From assembly GCA_951406725.2 (NCBI GenBank), contig OX597837.1:1860001-1924000 (forward strand): a DNA stretch of 64,000 nucleotides, given 5' to 3'. Each line of letters begins with the position of its first letter. Position 1 is the first letter of the stretch. Below, one piece after another: positions 1-13,651 of this stretch. The notes below the pieces were generated by a model. The model saw only the letters and a list, made by a program, of their open reading frames with translations. It was not told the origin of the DNA and made no database searches. The position numbers were made by a program, and so were the translations under genes. The DNA is from Octopus vulgaris (Eukaryota).

Positions 1-1141
1 GTCCTTGCAATCAGGTTGTCATCTTCTAGACTGGATCAAAGATGGCTGCCCTGGTCACGTGACAGCAGTCCCACAGAAAATTTTCTTCTTTTTTAAATCC
101 TATTGACTCATAGCAACCTAAAAATACGTGAATCATGACAGTAAAGTTGTATTGTAATTTTTCTGTTTTTGTTTCCTTTTGCGAGAAATTGGCCATCTTC
201 AGTTCTCAAAGAGAACCATTGCTGTTTAGTAGTTATGATACTTCCACCAGACAGAGAATGATAAGTTTAATAAATCAATAATTTATGTTGTATGGTATTT
301 GATATACCTGTATTTGTCTATCTCACTGTCTGATTGTTCTCTCTCTCTCCCTCACACACACACACACACACAATCTTTGATCTTTTGTAGGGGAAGACAA
401 GTTTTGCACTTGCGTTTGAGGATAATACCTAATATATTAAAAACAGTGCACACACACACATAAACACATGCACGTGCGTGTGCATATATATATATATATC
501 TGTTTGTGTGTATGTGAGTGTAAAATCAAAAGTGATACATCATTGTTGATATATCATGATATCAAACTGACAGCCAGGTGAAATTCATAGCATATAAGAT
601 GATAACCTGATTCTCTTGTATCAATTTCATCCCTCACCTCCTCTAACTTTCACTCCTTTCATCTCTGTCTCTCCTACCACCTCTTTCTATCTATCTATCC
701 TCTCTTCTCCCTCCCTCTATAACATGTGGTTCGTGTATTATCCGCATCTTTCGCTTCTTGAGCAATTTCTGCTTCAACGTGTTAACGTGTTTGTATTGGA
801 TGTGCTGTGTGTGCGTCTAGAAGATTATATATATATGTGTGTAAGTGTGTATTGGATGCGTGTGGGTGTTGGATGTGCTGAGTATGCATGTAGAAGATTA
901 TATATATGTGTGTGTATGTATACATATACATATATATATATATGGATATATATGTATATACATGTAATATACACGTATGTATATATGTGTGTGTATATAT
1001 ACATATATACGTATGTATATAAATATGTGTGTGTATGTATATATCTATATGCGTGTGTCTGCGTGTGAGTATATATATGTGTGTGCATATATACATATTT
1101 ATATGCGTATATGTAGATATATGCGTGTGTGTGCGTGAGTA

Positions 1142-1505
1142 TCTCTCTCTATATAAACGGCAGTTTGTCTGTGCGTGTTTCTGTGTGTCTGTTTTCTTGT
1201 ACCTCACCCTGACCACAGCTTTCAACCGATTCTGATGAAACTTGACACACATAGCCAATGTCATAATTCAAAACTAACGCAGCGAAAATTTTGAAAAGTT
1301 ATGAAAAATCGATAAATTCGACATGGGGTCGAGAAAACGAAACACAAACCGCAAACTGTCTAGGGACGCAACTCCACCTTTTTTAACTAAAAAAAATTTA
1401 CCATCATTTTTTCCATCTTTTGGCTATTTTTTGGCTATAACTCTCTAAAAATGCTTTATAGTTATTTCCCTTACAAACCTGAGCAACGCCGGGCGATACT
1501 GCTAG
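1142..1505 (+). mobile_element. Non-autonomous Helitron-like element
   Basis: Begins TC after an A and ends CTAG before a T. Subterminal GC hairpin cctgagcaacgccggg (~1478-1493) lies 8 nt before CTAG. No TSD; flanked by TA/TG microsatellite. Confidence 0.7.
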
Positions 1506-1881
1506 TATATATATATGTATATGTGTGAATGTTAGTATATATATGTGTGTGTGTGTATATCTATATGTATATATATATATATATGTATGTATGTATATAT
1601 GTATGTATGTATGTATGTATTTCCTGCATACAAGTAGGTGTATAAATATATTTTTATACACATGACCATAGATAGGTAGCTGATCGAGGTTTAGTTTGAG
1701 TTAACAAACGACACCGCACGCGCGTGCGCGCGCGCGTGTGTGTGTGTCTTTGCATCTCTGCACGCACCTGTGTTTACCTGTACAGGCGTGTATCTGTATC
1801 TGTATGACTGCGTAACACGAGAATATATTTGCAATTATTTAAAGTTACAAGATTATCACCGAAATCAAAACAAATAATAAA

Positions 1882-1933
<52 letters not shown>

Positions 1934-2648
1934 GGAAGCCAATAGTAGAAAACAGAAAACAAAAATATAACAACTACAATACAATGCAAAAACCAAACCA
2001 AAACGAACCGAAGCGAAACCAATGGAAACGTAAAAAAAAATATTAAAAATACGTACACCCACAGATATAACCACGCATACAGATTTATTCTTATACACAC
2101 GCACGCACATACATCGATGTATATTTATATACACACAAGGCAAAATTTATGCACGTATACACACAAACTCCGCGCGCGTACATCCATTTAGAAAACAAAA
2201 TAATATAAAGAAACAAAGACGACGAAAACATTATATATTGGAAACAAATCCGATTTAGATTTCTAACTCTTGCCATTCTACTACAACCAACACCCCAACC
2301 ACTGACAACACTACCAATACTACAATTACTAACGTCATCGTCATCGTGGTTGTCATCGTTATCGTGATAATCCTCCTCATCATCATTTTCAAGAATCATC
2401 AACATCATCGTCATCCTCATCATCATCATAAGTATTCTCACCATTATCAATATCGTCATCGCCACCACCACCCTTACTACTACTACTGCTACGTTACCGC
2501 TGCCTTCATCGTAATCATCATCATCATCATTATCACCACCGCTGTCATCAACGTCACGATCGTCATCATTCTGTTCGTCGCCAAATCTATTCTTCTGTCC
2601 CAGCTTGCTACCATCCACGCTTTCACCCATCCCTGTAGGCAGCCGTCA

Positions 2649-2717
<69 letters not shown>

Positions 2718-2839
2718 CCCTCTCTCTCTCTCTCTCAATCCACCCATCCGAAAACATGTAATCTCGAACGAAATACGAAAACTTCTGTGCATGATTGCCA
2801 AAGTACCACCAAGGGAATCCCTCCTTTTTTTCCAATAAA

Positions 2840-2879
<40 letters not shown>

Positions 2880-3074
2880 TTAATAATAATAATGAACTGT
2901 AATAGAATACTAGAAAAGTACGACCGGAATAAGAGAGAGAAAAATGCAGGAAAACAAAACAATACAAATAAATTAAATAACAGAAATGAAAGCGCACTGT
3001 TGATCTTACAAGATTAAATGTGGCAACATAGTGTTTTACTTTTAGAAACCTAACTTTTCATTTATTCCCTGTCT

Positions 3075-3130
<56 letters not shown>

Positions 3131-3854
3131 CGTAAATCTGCCTCTCTCCTGTATCTCCTCCTCTCACTGTTTCTCCCGCTCTACGTAGCTGTATTTCTCG
3201 CATTCTTTCCATTTTTTGCCTGCTTCTCTCTTATTTCATAATCTTTTTCTCTAGTCTCGTCTCTATCCCTCTCTCTCCACTCAATTTTCTTCCTCTCTCT
3301 CGAACCGTTTACTACCTCTCTCTTCGTCTATTTCTCGTTTTCCTCCAGCCCTCCTCTTTTCACTTGTCACCTCCGTTCCTCTTTCCACTAGTTTTGAGAT
3401 TACCTTAGTTTTTCCTCGGAATTATTTTACAATAAAAGCAACAATAAGAACAACAACAACTAGGATAATAATGATGATAATCATTATTAATAATACCGTT
3501 TATTTATTTGTATATTTCTGTATTGGTTTGTGATATTTATATAACCGCAGTTTTAATTCGCCATTTTCAACGAGATTCTGCCTTCTCGTTGTGCAGTTAT
3601 TCACTTAAGAGATTATCAAGTTCTACGTAAAACAAGCCAAATAAATAAAATGAAGGAAAGATTTGCAAAGAAAAATAAATAAGGAACGATTTTGAAAGAA
3701 ATAAGAGCTTAAAGAATAAACAGAGCTACAAAAAGAAAAAGAAAGCAATAAGAAATTTAGGAAACACCACCGCCTTCGCAACCACAAAAATTTAAAAAAT
3801 ACAGATATAACTTTGTATGTATGTGTGCGTAGGTGCATAAATACACACACGTGG

Positions 3855-3885
<31 letters not shown>

Positions 3886-4164
3886 GAAAAATTAAAGCCG
3901 GATCATGAAGGTAAAATGATTTGCTAAAGCTTTTGAACTGAATCTTCCTTTGCTCTCCAATCCACCCAGCCACTCAGTTGAACTCGGTTGTGTTGTGTGC
4001 CATGTTAGATCAGAGACCACGTGAATGCTTGTGTGTGTCGTTATATTATATACCAGTATGTGTCTGTCTATCAGAGTATAGTGTGTTAAATCGAATTGCA
4101 GAAAAGATCATCAGAAAAGTAGGTAACGAAGAGGAGTGAGTTTATTGTACAACGTGCATTACAT

Positions 4165-4293
4165 GGTTAACAATTGTTTCCACTACTTGAGGTAACCAAT
4201 CACACACAATGTCTATAGATATTCATGACAAAGACGGTATAGTCATGAGTATCATGCTATGCATATTACACTGGAAGCTGTTTCATCAGAACC
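4165..4293 (-). ncRNA. Type I hammerhead ribozyme motif with long stem II
   Basis: Reverse complement reads ggtt-CTGATGA-[~100 nt with an internal hairpin gatactcatgac/gtcatgaatatc]-GAAA-caattg-TT-aacc. Stem I is ggtt/aacc, stem III is palindromic, and the cleavage triplet is GUU. The base of stem II is imperfect. Confidence 0.7.
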
Positions 4294-4614
4294 GATTCTT
4301 CATCAACTTGGTCCTCGCGAAACAACTGCTGGTGATATTACGTGGCATACATTGCTTCACGTTCATAACTAAATCTTGCTTAATATCCATGTATACTGGT
4401 GAGATGAAACAGTTGTAAACCATGAAATAAAAGTTATACTACAAATTCTACTCTTCCCGTATTTTATTTATATTGTAAGATGGCAGTAAACCTTACGGAT
4501 TTGTTGTTTGTTCGAACCCTGATTTTCCACAAGAAAAGTTCTTTATACAACTTCAGGTCGCCAGTAATTATGAGTGCTCTCTCCCGGTTTTTCTAACTCT
4601 CCCTTCCTTTTCAG

Positions 4615-4676
<62 letters not shown>

Positions 4677-4892
4677 ATTTTTTTAACTTATCTCTACAGA
4701 TATTCTGTAGAAATCAGAGCCAACACTAAAAGTTACGACTTTACATATACGAATACGTCTATGCAAACAATGCCATCAAAGATAGGAAAAAAAGGTTATG
4801 CGTCTATAGGCATATTTCAAGAATTGTTACTCCGATCCATTAACCATCCACGAACTCATTGCTTAAATTAGCCACCAAATTTAGCTATTATA

Positions 4893-4927
<35 letters not shown>

Positions 4928-4989
4928 CAAAGGCGGTACAGTCAGGCGTATTATGTTATGCATATTACACAATAGCCCTGGAAGTTGTT

Positions 4990-5298
4990 TCTTCAGTGGT
5001 AAGAGCGTCGTGTTCCCAATCACGAAGCAGTGAGTTCTATTCCTAGGCGAGGCTTTGTGTTGTGTTCTTGGGCATGACACTTTATTTCATATTGCTCTAG
5101 TTCACTAAGGTGTAGAAATGAGTTGCCAAGTTACTGGTGCCAAGCTGTATCTGCCCCTTTGCCTTTCTCTCGGATAACATCAGTGACTTGGAGAGGGGTG
5201 GCTGGTGGCTTCTATAAACACTCTTGCTCGGACTTGTGCCACGGAAGGTAACTTTTCAGATGCAATCACATACTCATATATGACCGAAGGAAGTCTTT
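4990..5298 (+). mobile_element. tRNA-derived SINE (family C), decayed
   Basis: A/B-box-like head (cagtggtaagagcg...gagttctattcct) and ttgtgttcttgggcatgacacttt core; similar to copies at 22845, 34977 and 40638. Confidence 0.7.
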
Positions 5299-5389
5299 AC
5301 ACTTTATATATATTCAATATGTGACCGCGTGTGTATCGTTGGCGATTTTTCCCTCCGTCTTCCCTTCCTTGGATCTTTCCTTTTCCTAT

Positions 5390-5424
5390 GTTTCTGACGA
5401 ACACCTCCGCTCGAAACGTTAAAT
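5390..5424 (+). ncRNA. Minimal hammerhead ribozyme remnant within a ~210-bp TA-flanked element (5312-5521)
   Basis: gttt-CTGACGA-acacctccgctc-GAAA-cgtt-aaat. Core is intact and stem III is the palindrome AACGTT, but stem II pairing is damaged. Confidence 0.55.
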
Positions 5425-6166
5425 CCTCTTTCTTTCTTTCCTGATCGTCCAGTAACACTATACTTGTTCCACGTTCTTGCGTTGTTGTGTTTTCTCTTTG
5501 TGTTTTCATGTTTGGATTAACTATATATATATATATATATATCTATAAACGCTAGGCAGACGGGTTATATAGGTAATAGACAGATAACTGCTACAGACCA
5601 GAAAGAAAGTGTGATATAGGTAACGAATAGATGAGTGTTATAAACGTGGACTGAAGAGTGACATGGACATGCATAATGAATGTTGGGGACTGGTCAAGTA
5701 AATGTGTGACTTCAGCATTAGACAGAGGAGTACCGAAGGTATTGTACAAATGAGTGACATTACTAGACACTGAAGTGATTTTAGACTCTGGATTAATGAG
5801 TGATATAAACTATAGACATTAGGGATTGAAATAAAACCAGCGCTGGAAATAACTATGGTAGGTCGTTTAGACCTAAATTTACGACATTTTTTTCAGTTCC
5901 AGCCTCGAACCGATGTTTCCTACCCAGAGCCTAACAAGTGAAAATCTCATCCTTATATTTTAGTCAACAATATTAGTTGTTTCGCACACAATATAAACTC
6001 ATCAACCCAAAAATTCATTAATGAATATTATTACTAATTATAGTTATTACTAACTTATGATTAATTTGGTAATTTTAATTTATGACCTTAAATTTAATTC
6101 CTTTTTTCTTAAAGTTTCTGTTTTTTCAACACTTTTGGTTTTGTTTTTTTGTTTTTTTTTTTTCAG

Positions 6167-6326
6167 AGAATTCTACGAGATCCTTTCCCTAGATCCAGAA
6201 TTCTTGTCGCAGGCCAAAGATGAGACCACCAATATCAGTGTCTTTGCCCCGTCAGAGGGATTTTTGATGACAATCGGTAGAGAAAAGATGAAAGACATTA
6301 AGAATGACTTCCAAGTAATAAGAAAG
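6167..6326 (+). CDS. Internal exon A of a fasciclin (FAS1) domain protein
   Basis: Poly-T tract + cag acceptor (ends 6166) and AAG|gtaaaa donor (6327). Translates (phase 2 in, phase 0 out) EFYEILSLDPEFLSQAKDETTNISVFAPSEGFLMTIGREKMKDIKNDFQVIRK. SVFAPSE matches the FAS1 H1 motif (TVFAPTN/D). Confidence 0.88.
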
Positions 6327-7287
6327 GTAAAACGCCTCTTCCACGACGGTTCATTTTGTTATTGTGTGTGCGTATGTATGTAGGTGTGTATGTGTGTTTA
6401 CATATGTGCGTGTGTATATGTACATATATATGTATGTGTGTGTATATATATTTATATGTTTGCTTATATATGTGTGTGTATGTATGTGTGTGTGTATCAG
6501 AGGCGACCCCAGGTCATCAGCGTTACTCGAGCTCGTCACAAATTTCGTCACTCGCGCTCATCACAGATTTCCCATAAGACAATTGCCTGCTCTCTTTATT
6601 TCTAGCCCCAAAGGACTTATTTTTTTAATATCTAGCACTACGTATTTCTCCATTTCCAAGTTAAGGTTAAAAATAAAGCAACCCTGCAAAGCACAACTGG
6701 TCTTTATACACAAAATAACAGCAATCAAATTACAGCTGAGTTCACAACAAACATCAGCAATCTCCCTGTTGCCTGTACTCTTGACAAGAGATGCCAGTAG
6801 GTAGGTCTTTTACACCTACCAGGCTCGTTCATATTAGCCCGAGTTGGTGAATAATTTTTCCTTCCTTTAAGAATCTTTTAGAACGGAAACTTTTCATAGA
6901 TTGGAATTTAAATCCTAATCGCTATAGAAATTTATTGTTTCAAGAAAACATTGAATTTTAGTTATTTTTAATATTTACGATTATAGATAACAACTCGGGA
7001 TGTAGCTTCTGAGTCCGAGTCAGGCGCGTGTGAACGATGTCGAGAGAACGTCTGCTACGAATGATATTTTTTGACACAGGGCACCTCTAAGACGACCATC
7101 AGATGTTGAACGGAAATAAATGAATTAAGACCAGGCTTGATTAAAGGAGACCAAGTTATTGACTGAAATTACATACTTGAAGTCAGTATTAGCAGAAATT
7201 AAATCAGTTTGCAAATACACGTCCACTTTACTAAATTCATACTCGGACAAAGCCCGAATAGCCTGAGTGCCGGAGTCATCACTGATG

Positions 7288-7319
<32 letters not shown>

Positions 7320-7599
7320 TGTATGTATGTATGTATGTATGTATGTATGTATGTATGTGTGTGTGTATGTGTGTATGTATGTATGTATGTATGTATGTAT
7401 GTATGTATGTATACCTGTGTCTGTATATATATTCATTCGGATTTTGCAATAGAGGAATTCTATTATGGAAATGTTATCGATACCAGTTAACATATATGCG
7501 TTGTTTTTTCAAGACTATGTGTTTTTTTTAAGCAATCTTTTAGGGCAAAGAACCGCAGCTTCTGGCGTTTAAGCTCATGCCTTAAGTATGTGGTATTGA

Positions 7600-8044
7600 T
7601 CTTTCTTAGTCTACTCCACATCAACTATGGACGTAGTCTCCAACTCGAGAACAAATTTCCCTCCTGTCTCTGCCAGATGACTTTGTACATTCCAACCTAG
7701 AGACAGTGTTCAGTACTGAGTCCCACATAAGTTCCCGGATATATGTAATGGGGCTTGATCATCAGACTTGAACGCCCCACGTGGTTATAGGGGGGGGGTC
7801 ATAGTGACAGGTTGATCTGTTGATCGATGAATACAGTGGCCTGTGAATTTGAGCCTTCTTTGTTTGATTGGTTGACGTGAGGAAAAATCCATATAGTAAT
7901 TTGTTTGATATATGGTCGGCATAAGAAATATTAAAGGCCTTGCGTAGAAGTCGAGATGAGCGTCTAGTGATCGCTGTTGGGCCACCGTAAGAGACCAGCA
8001 TTCAGAGCCGTAGAGCCAAACAGATTCCACTGTAACACGGAACA
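7600..8044 (-). mobile_element. RTE-clade LINE, 3' part (post-RT region), frameshifted
   Basis: Minus-strand peptides VESVWLYGSECWSLT, LLRKAFNISYADHISNKLLY and IKQRRLKFTGHCIH are typical of the RTE ORF C-terminal half. Confidence 0.8.
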
Positions 8045-9270
8045 GGGGAATGTATGAAGATACGGCTCGTGACGTGGCACTAATTTGACGTTATGATCAG
8101 CCTACCATGCCATGCGCACTCGCATCCGAAACCCCATCGAAACACTAATCTGCTCAAGCGAAAACGGTCTTCGCAAACTCGTATCTTAAACTTATACTCT
8201 TTTACTTGTTTCAGTCATTTGACTGTGGTCACGCCTTTAGTCGAGCAAATCGACCCCAGGACTTATACTTTGTAAGCCTAGTACTTATTCTATCGTTCTC
8301 TTTTGCCGAACCACTAAGTGACGGAGACGTAAACACACCAGCATCCGTTTTCAAGCGATGTTGGGGGAACAAACAAAGGCTGACAAACATATACACACAC
8401 AAATACATACATACATATTTATATACATATATACGACGAGCTTCTTTCAGTTTCCGTCTACCAAATCCACTCACAAGGCTTTGGTCGGCCCGAGGCTATA
8501 GTAGAAGACACTTGCCCAAGGTGCCACGCAGTGGGACTGAACCCGGAACCATGTGGTTGGTAAGCAAGGTACTTGCCACACAGTCACTCCTACGCCTATT
8601 ATCTTAACTCTTCGTCAACTCACTGAAACCATCTCAACCATCTTTGTGGATTTCACGAAAGCTTTTGACTATCCACCACGTGTAAATGTTTCCGGTTGCC
8701 GATGACGTACCAAATGATGCTGTCAATGCTATCCGTGCTACCTATGCAGGCTGCAGAATTTCCTATACTCTCTTGACGGAGACACTGACACATTCGCTGT
8801 CACACGTGAGTTCTCCAAAGAGACACCTTGGCGCCTTTCTTCTTCAATATCATCTTGGACAATGCACTACAGCACGATATGGAATTTGAACTAGACACAT
8901 CTCTCCGTCCCTGCCAAGGTTCAGGTCATAAAGCATCGTACATCACTGGCCACGACTTTGCAGATGTTATCACACTCTCGTTTCTCATACTATTTCAAAT
9001 GCTCAACCTCTCTTCACAAACCTGGAGTCAGCTACCAATGAAGTTGGTCTCACAATAAACCACTCAAAGACAAAGACCGTAATCGTTGGTGAACATGCTG
9101 GTGTGACTGGTCTTATACTTTACTCAGAGCCCATTGGGTCAGTTGTCGATTTCTGGTACCTGGACTCACGTATTCACTCGACCAGCACAGATATTAACAT
9201 TCATAAGGTGATAACGTGGTCAACATCTCACAAGTCATGGAAAATTTGAAAAGCACCCCAACTCCGATAT
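8045..9270 (+). mobile_element. RTE-clade LINE reverse-transcriptase fragment (inverted relative to 7600-8044, interrupted by a SINE)
   Basis: Plus-strand RT motifs IFVDFTKAFD (~8640), LAPFFFNIILD (~8830) and DFADVI (~8955); many frameshifts. Confidence 0.8.
8190..8599 (-). mobile_element. Full-length tRNA-derived SINE (family A) with 8-bp TSD
   Basis: Reverse complement starts ggcgtaggagtgactgtgtgg...ggttccgggttcagtccc (A/B boxes) and ends gactgaaacaagtaaaagagta. Flanked by the direct repeat tatcttaa (8182-8189 and 8600-8607). Confidence 0.9.
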
Positions 9271-9284
9271 AGTACTGACAATGT

Positions 9285-12200
9285 GTGTGAGTGTGTTTAC
9301 AACTCGTATAACGATAAAAGGACGTATAGAAAATGGAAGAAAGTCGGCGAAATAAACTTTGAACAAGAACTAAGGAAATCGAATGTCACAGAATATTCTG
9401 TTTTAGGTTCAGTTTCAGATTTATACTAAATATATTTACAAAGAAGACATAGTGAACCGGAAGTTTTGGCTTGGTTGCCGCCATCGGCCAATGACTTAGC
9501 TTGGTGTTTGAAACCTTACGTATAAAAATGTTGGTGCTACTCTAGCATATGGTCTTCTGCAATGTCCACAGTGTACTGGGCGGAACAACCTATTCTGTCT
9601 ACTCTGACCTGGCGGGTCAAGTATTCCTCGTTGACGTCCAGGTTCGCCCCGAGCTTGTCATCGTACCTCCCCTCCACTAATCTCCTATAGAATGCTTGGG
9701 TCGTGTTGAAGTCACTCAAGGTCGACCCGGAACGGCATAGTTGCTTGAGAGCAACGCGACACGCGCGGTGCCATTCGCCCTTTCTCGGCCTCTTTTTGAT
9801 CCACGATGCAGTTCGGTCATGGCGACAAGTTGCAGGAAAGCGTGCCTCACAAACGGCGACCACACCTGTTCACCGTCGTCTACGTAAAGCCTGAGATGTC
9901 GCAGTCTCAGCGCGTGTCTGCGCATCATCAACCACAGCATGCCCGGTCCTCCCTTTTACGGGTGTTGACAGCTAATGGATCGCCTGACCATCGGGATGCA
10001 TCCTTTCCACTAGAAGCGAAAGAGAATGCGTTCTAGTTTGGCCACGACGGTCAGGCGGTAGTAGATGACGGACGCGATGTACGAGTTCGCCACCTCCGCC
10101 CGACCTTTTAGGGGTAGTTTCCTCTCTGCCCATTGCCGGGCGAGAGTGACCACCCTACTCGTTATCTCGTTCCAGTTTTTCTCCAATTGGAGGTCCGGAC
10201 CAAACCAGACCCCGAGCAACTCGGCCGGACTGTCGGTCCAGCGTCCCACGACGGAGGCGCTGGTGGACGGCATGGGCTTGCTTCTCCAAGTGCCGAGTCG
10301 CAAGCCCACTGATTTTTCCTGGTTGATTTTCGCTCCTGTCACCGCTTCGTAGTCTTTCAGTGTCTCGCCGACCAGCTCGATGTGCTCGTGGCTAGACACT
10401 ATGACGGTGACGTCGTCCGCGTATGCAGACATGCTCGTCCCGCATCCCAATTCTCGCGGGATGCCTCTCAGAGTTGCGAGCTTCCATAATAATGGCTCGA
10501 GAATCAATACGTAGAGAAGCGACGAGAGGGGGCCGAACGTGCGATGTCGAAAAGTCTCGGTATGATGTCCATGTACGCGAATTACCGAACGGATGCCTCT
10601 GTACAAAGCAGCTATCAAGCCGTGGAAGACGGGACCGAAACCAGCCGCTCTAAGGACAGACTCCAAGTATCGAAAGCTTTCGATTGATCCAAATTGATCA
10701 GCGCCCCACCCATGCTAGGTTCATTAACTACCCTGTCTATGATGTAGCGCATCAGGTGAAGGTTGTCATGGATGCTCCGGCTCAGCACGGCGCACGTTTG
10801 CGCCTTGTCGACCAGTTTCTCGATGACAAGCGCCAACCTTTTGGCTAACACCTTGGCCAAAATTTTCTAGTCTGCATTAAGCAAAGTGATGGGCCTAAAG
10901 TTATCTATTACATTCCCCTTGTTTAGATCCTTCTTCAGCAGTGTTACGGCTCCTTGGCTCACAAAATCAGGAATACTCCCGTTTTGCTGCCAGTTGCAGT
11001 ACACCGCTGCCAAGACGTCTCCAAACAAGTCTGGCATACAACTGTAAAGCTCGTAGGGTAGACCATCCAAACCCAGCGATTTGTCCCTCGAGCATCCTGC
11101 CATCGCGTCTTGCACTTCCGCCGCCGTGATGGCACCTTCGCAGCGCCCTGCCTCTCTTGTCGAGAGTCGTGGTAGGCTGTGTATGTAGGCATTGAAGTCC
11201 ACCTTACGTTCTTCTTGCCCGCCACTCGTCCCGAACAGTCGGGCAAAATGCTGTTGAAAGGCCTCACACATTTTACTTGGCTTGAGCAATTCACGCCCCT
11301 GTTCATCTACCAGAGACCGAATGGTGGCTTTGTTGCCCTATTGCGCCTCTGCCACCCGGGCCTCTCTCGCGGCTCCAACACCTTCGTTCCTTAGAGCACG
11401 CATCCTACCTCTGACAACACAACCTTCGTGTTTGGCGTTGAAGTGTTGGTCGAGGGCCAACTTCGCCGCCAAAACGTCGGATGCGATGCCGCTTCTAATT
11501 GCCTCTTCTAGCTTCTTAACTAGCTCACCCTCTACTATGTTTCTATCTATGGATAGTGCTTTGCCATACCTAATCGCTTCTGCTTTTACTGCTCTCTTGA
11601 GAGCAAACCGCCATTTGTTGTTGATAATGGCTCCCGTCAAAGCCCTCTTTACTAGTGTGCTAATCCGGTCTCTGAAAACCTGTCTCGATGGGAAAGACGC
11701 GTTTAGTTTCCAGTATCCCTGCCTATGTGTCATACCTAAGTCTAGCGTACATGTCACAAGTTTATGATCCGTGTAGCTGACTATGTGGAATTATGAACAT
11801 CCTACGCTATCTCTATCTACTGTCCTACACAGTATCCTATCTAGATACGGTTTCGACGACCCGATGCGGTTGCTCCATGTCCACGTTGGCGCATTCGGGT
11901 GGTCGGGTCGGTACCTGTCAGACAGTTGAAAGCGTCTGAGCAGGTCTCTGAGGCATTTGCATCCCCGTCTATTCCTATCTCTGCCCACGTAATCTACATG
12001 CGTGTCCAAGGTAGCATTCCAATCCCCCACTAAGAGTAAAGGACGAGACGTTCCCATGAATACTTCTAGACCTTGAAAGAAATCCGTCCGACCTGTTAAA
12101 GGCGGTGCGTAGACTGATACGAGTCGAAAACCGCACCCATTGCTGCTGTCGACATCCAGGACGACCAGTCTACCCTTCGGGTCTACGAATATTGTCTTTA

Positions 12201-12561
12201 CTTTGAGATCCAGTGCCTTTGTGAGGTTTATTTCCTGTGCGGTAAATTTTACGATTGACCGTTTTTGTTTTATGGCTTCCGCGAAGTTTGTTCTATTTTT
12301 GGTTGGTATTAGTGGCAGTGGAGTTAGTTGTAGCAGTTGAAGTCGTGGTAGTGGTGTTGGTGTTGTCTTTGGTAGGCGCTTTGTGCTGATTTCGTTGTTG
12401 TTGTTGGTGGTGGTACTGGCATTCATGTTTGAGTCTGTAATCGTTTTTGAAATCCCTTTCTCCGTCCTTTTTTCATCGACAAGTGGTGTAGGGAGTGGGG
12501 AAAATCTAAGTTAATGTCTTTGGTGGCGGCGATGGTGAATGGTCTTGCGACGTTAGTTTTG

Positions 12562-12593
<32 letters not shown>

Positions 12594-12710
12594 GGTGGTG
12601 ACAGCGGTGTTCAAGCTGCGAGGTTTAGCAGCTAATGGTAGCAATAGTGTTTCGCTACCGTTCTGCATGAGTGGCGGGCTAGCCAAGTTGTTTCCAGTTG
12701 CCATTTTCAA
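9285..12710 (-). mobile_element. Tx1/L1-clade non-LTR retrotransposon, internally deleted pseudogene
   Basis: APE endonuclease motifs VSVYAP, LVGDWNATLD and YLDRIL. RT motifs SLGLDGLPYE, FRPITLLNAD, LDQSKAFD, GPLSSLLY and AYADDVTV. Stops and frameshifts throughout; ORF1-like N-terminus at 12220-12710; 3' UTR ends at a CA/TG repeat. Confidence 0.92.
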
Positions 12711-12925
12711 AAATGAAAAATGGCTAAAAAGAAACCACGAAAGTTTTGAAACTTTTGGTAATTTCGCCCATACAGGGGCGGAATTCTACGTGAATAATTC
12801 TCAGGCTTTTTAGTGAATGATCTTTCATAACTATTAAGAACAAAATATTTCACAACAAGGAGTTTTAAACATGTAAAAGGGGCCAACTTACGTGGAGCCC
12901 ATTTGGCTAGCGTCCGTCCATGCCG

Positions 12926-13265
<340 letters not shown>

Positions 13266-13403
13266 CGATCGATATCAGCTCCTATCATTCTGAAGATTGT
13301 TCTAATTTAATATTTTATTTAATAAAAGATATTTCATATTTTCTTCTTAGTCGTTTACTTTTACTTTCGACCAAAAACTTTCTTATTCCATTAACGTTTA
13401 TTT

Positions 13404-13500
<97 letters not shown>

Positions 13501-13607
13501 ACACCTGTGTGCGTGATCTTGTATATATACACTTGTATGTGTGTGTGCATTCTGATAACGTCATCGCTTTGGTAACGATGTTACACTTGCGGTGAATGTT
13601 GATGTTA

Positions 13608-13651
<44 letters not shown>

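Noticed and set aside
172-207. Minus-strand CTGAAGA...GAAA
   Set aside because: No stem II, stem III or stem I complementarity.
1228-1245. CTGATGA followed by AAC
   Set aside because: No stem II, GAAA or stem III arrangement; it is part of the Helitron body.
6498-7011. Possible MITE with cagaggcgac.../...gtagcttctg termini
   Set aside because: TIR match is weak and no TSD was found.
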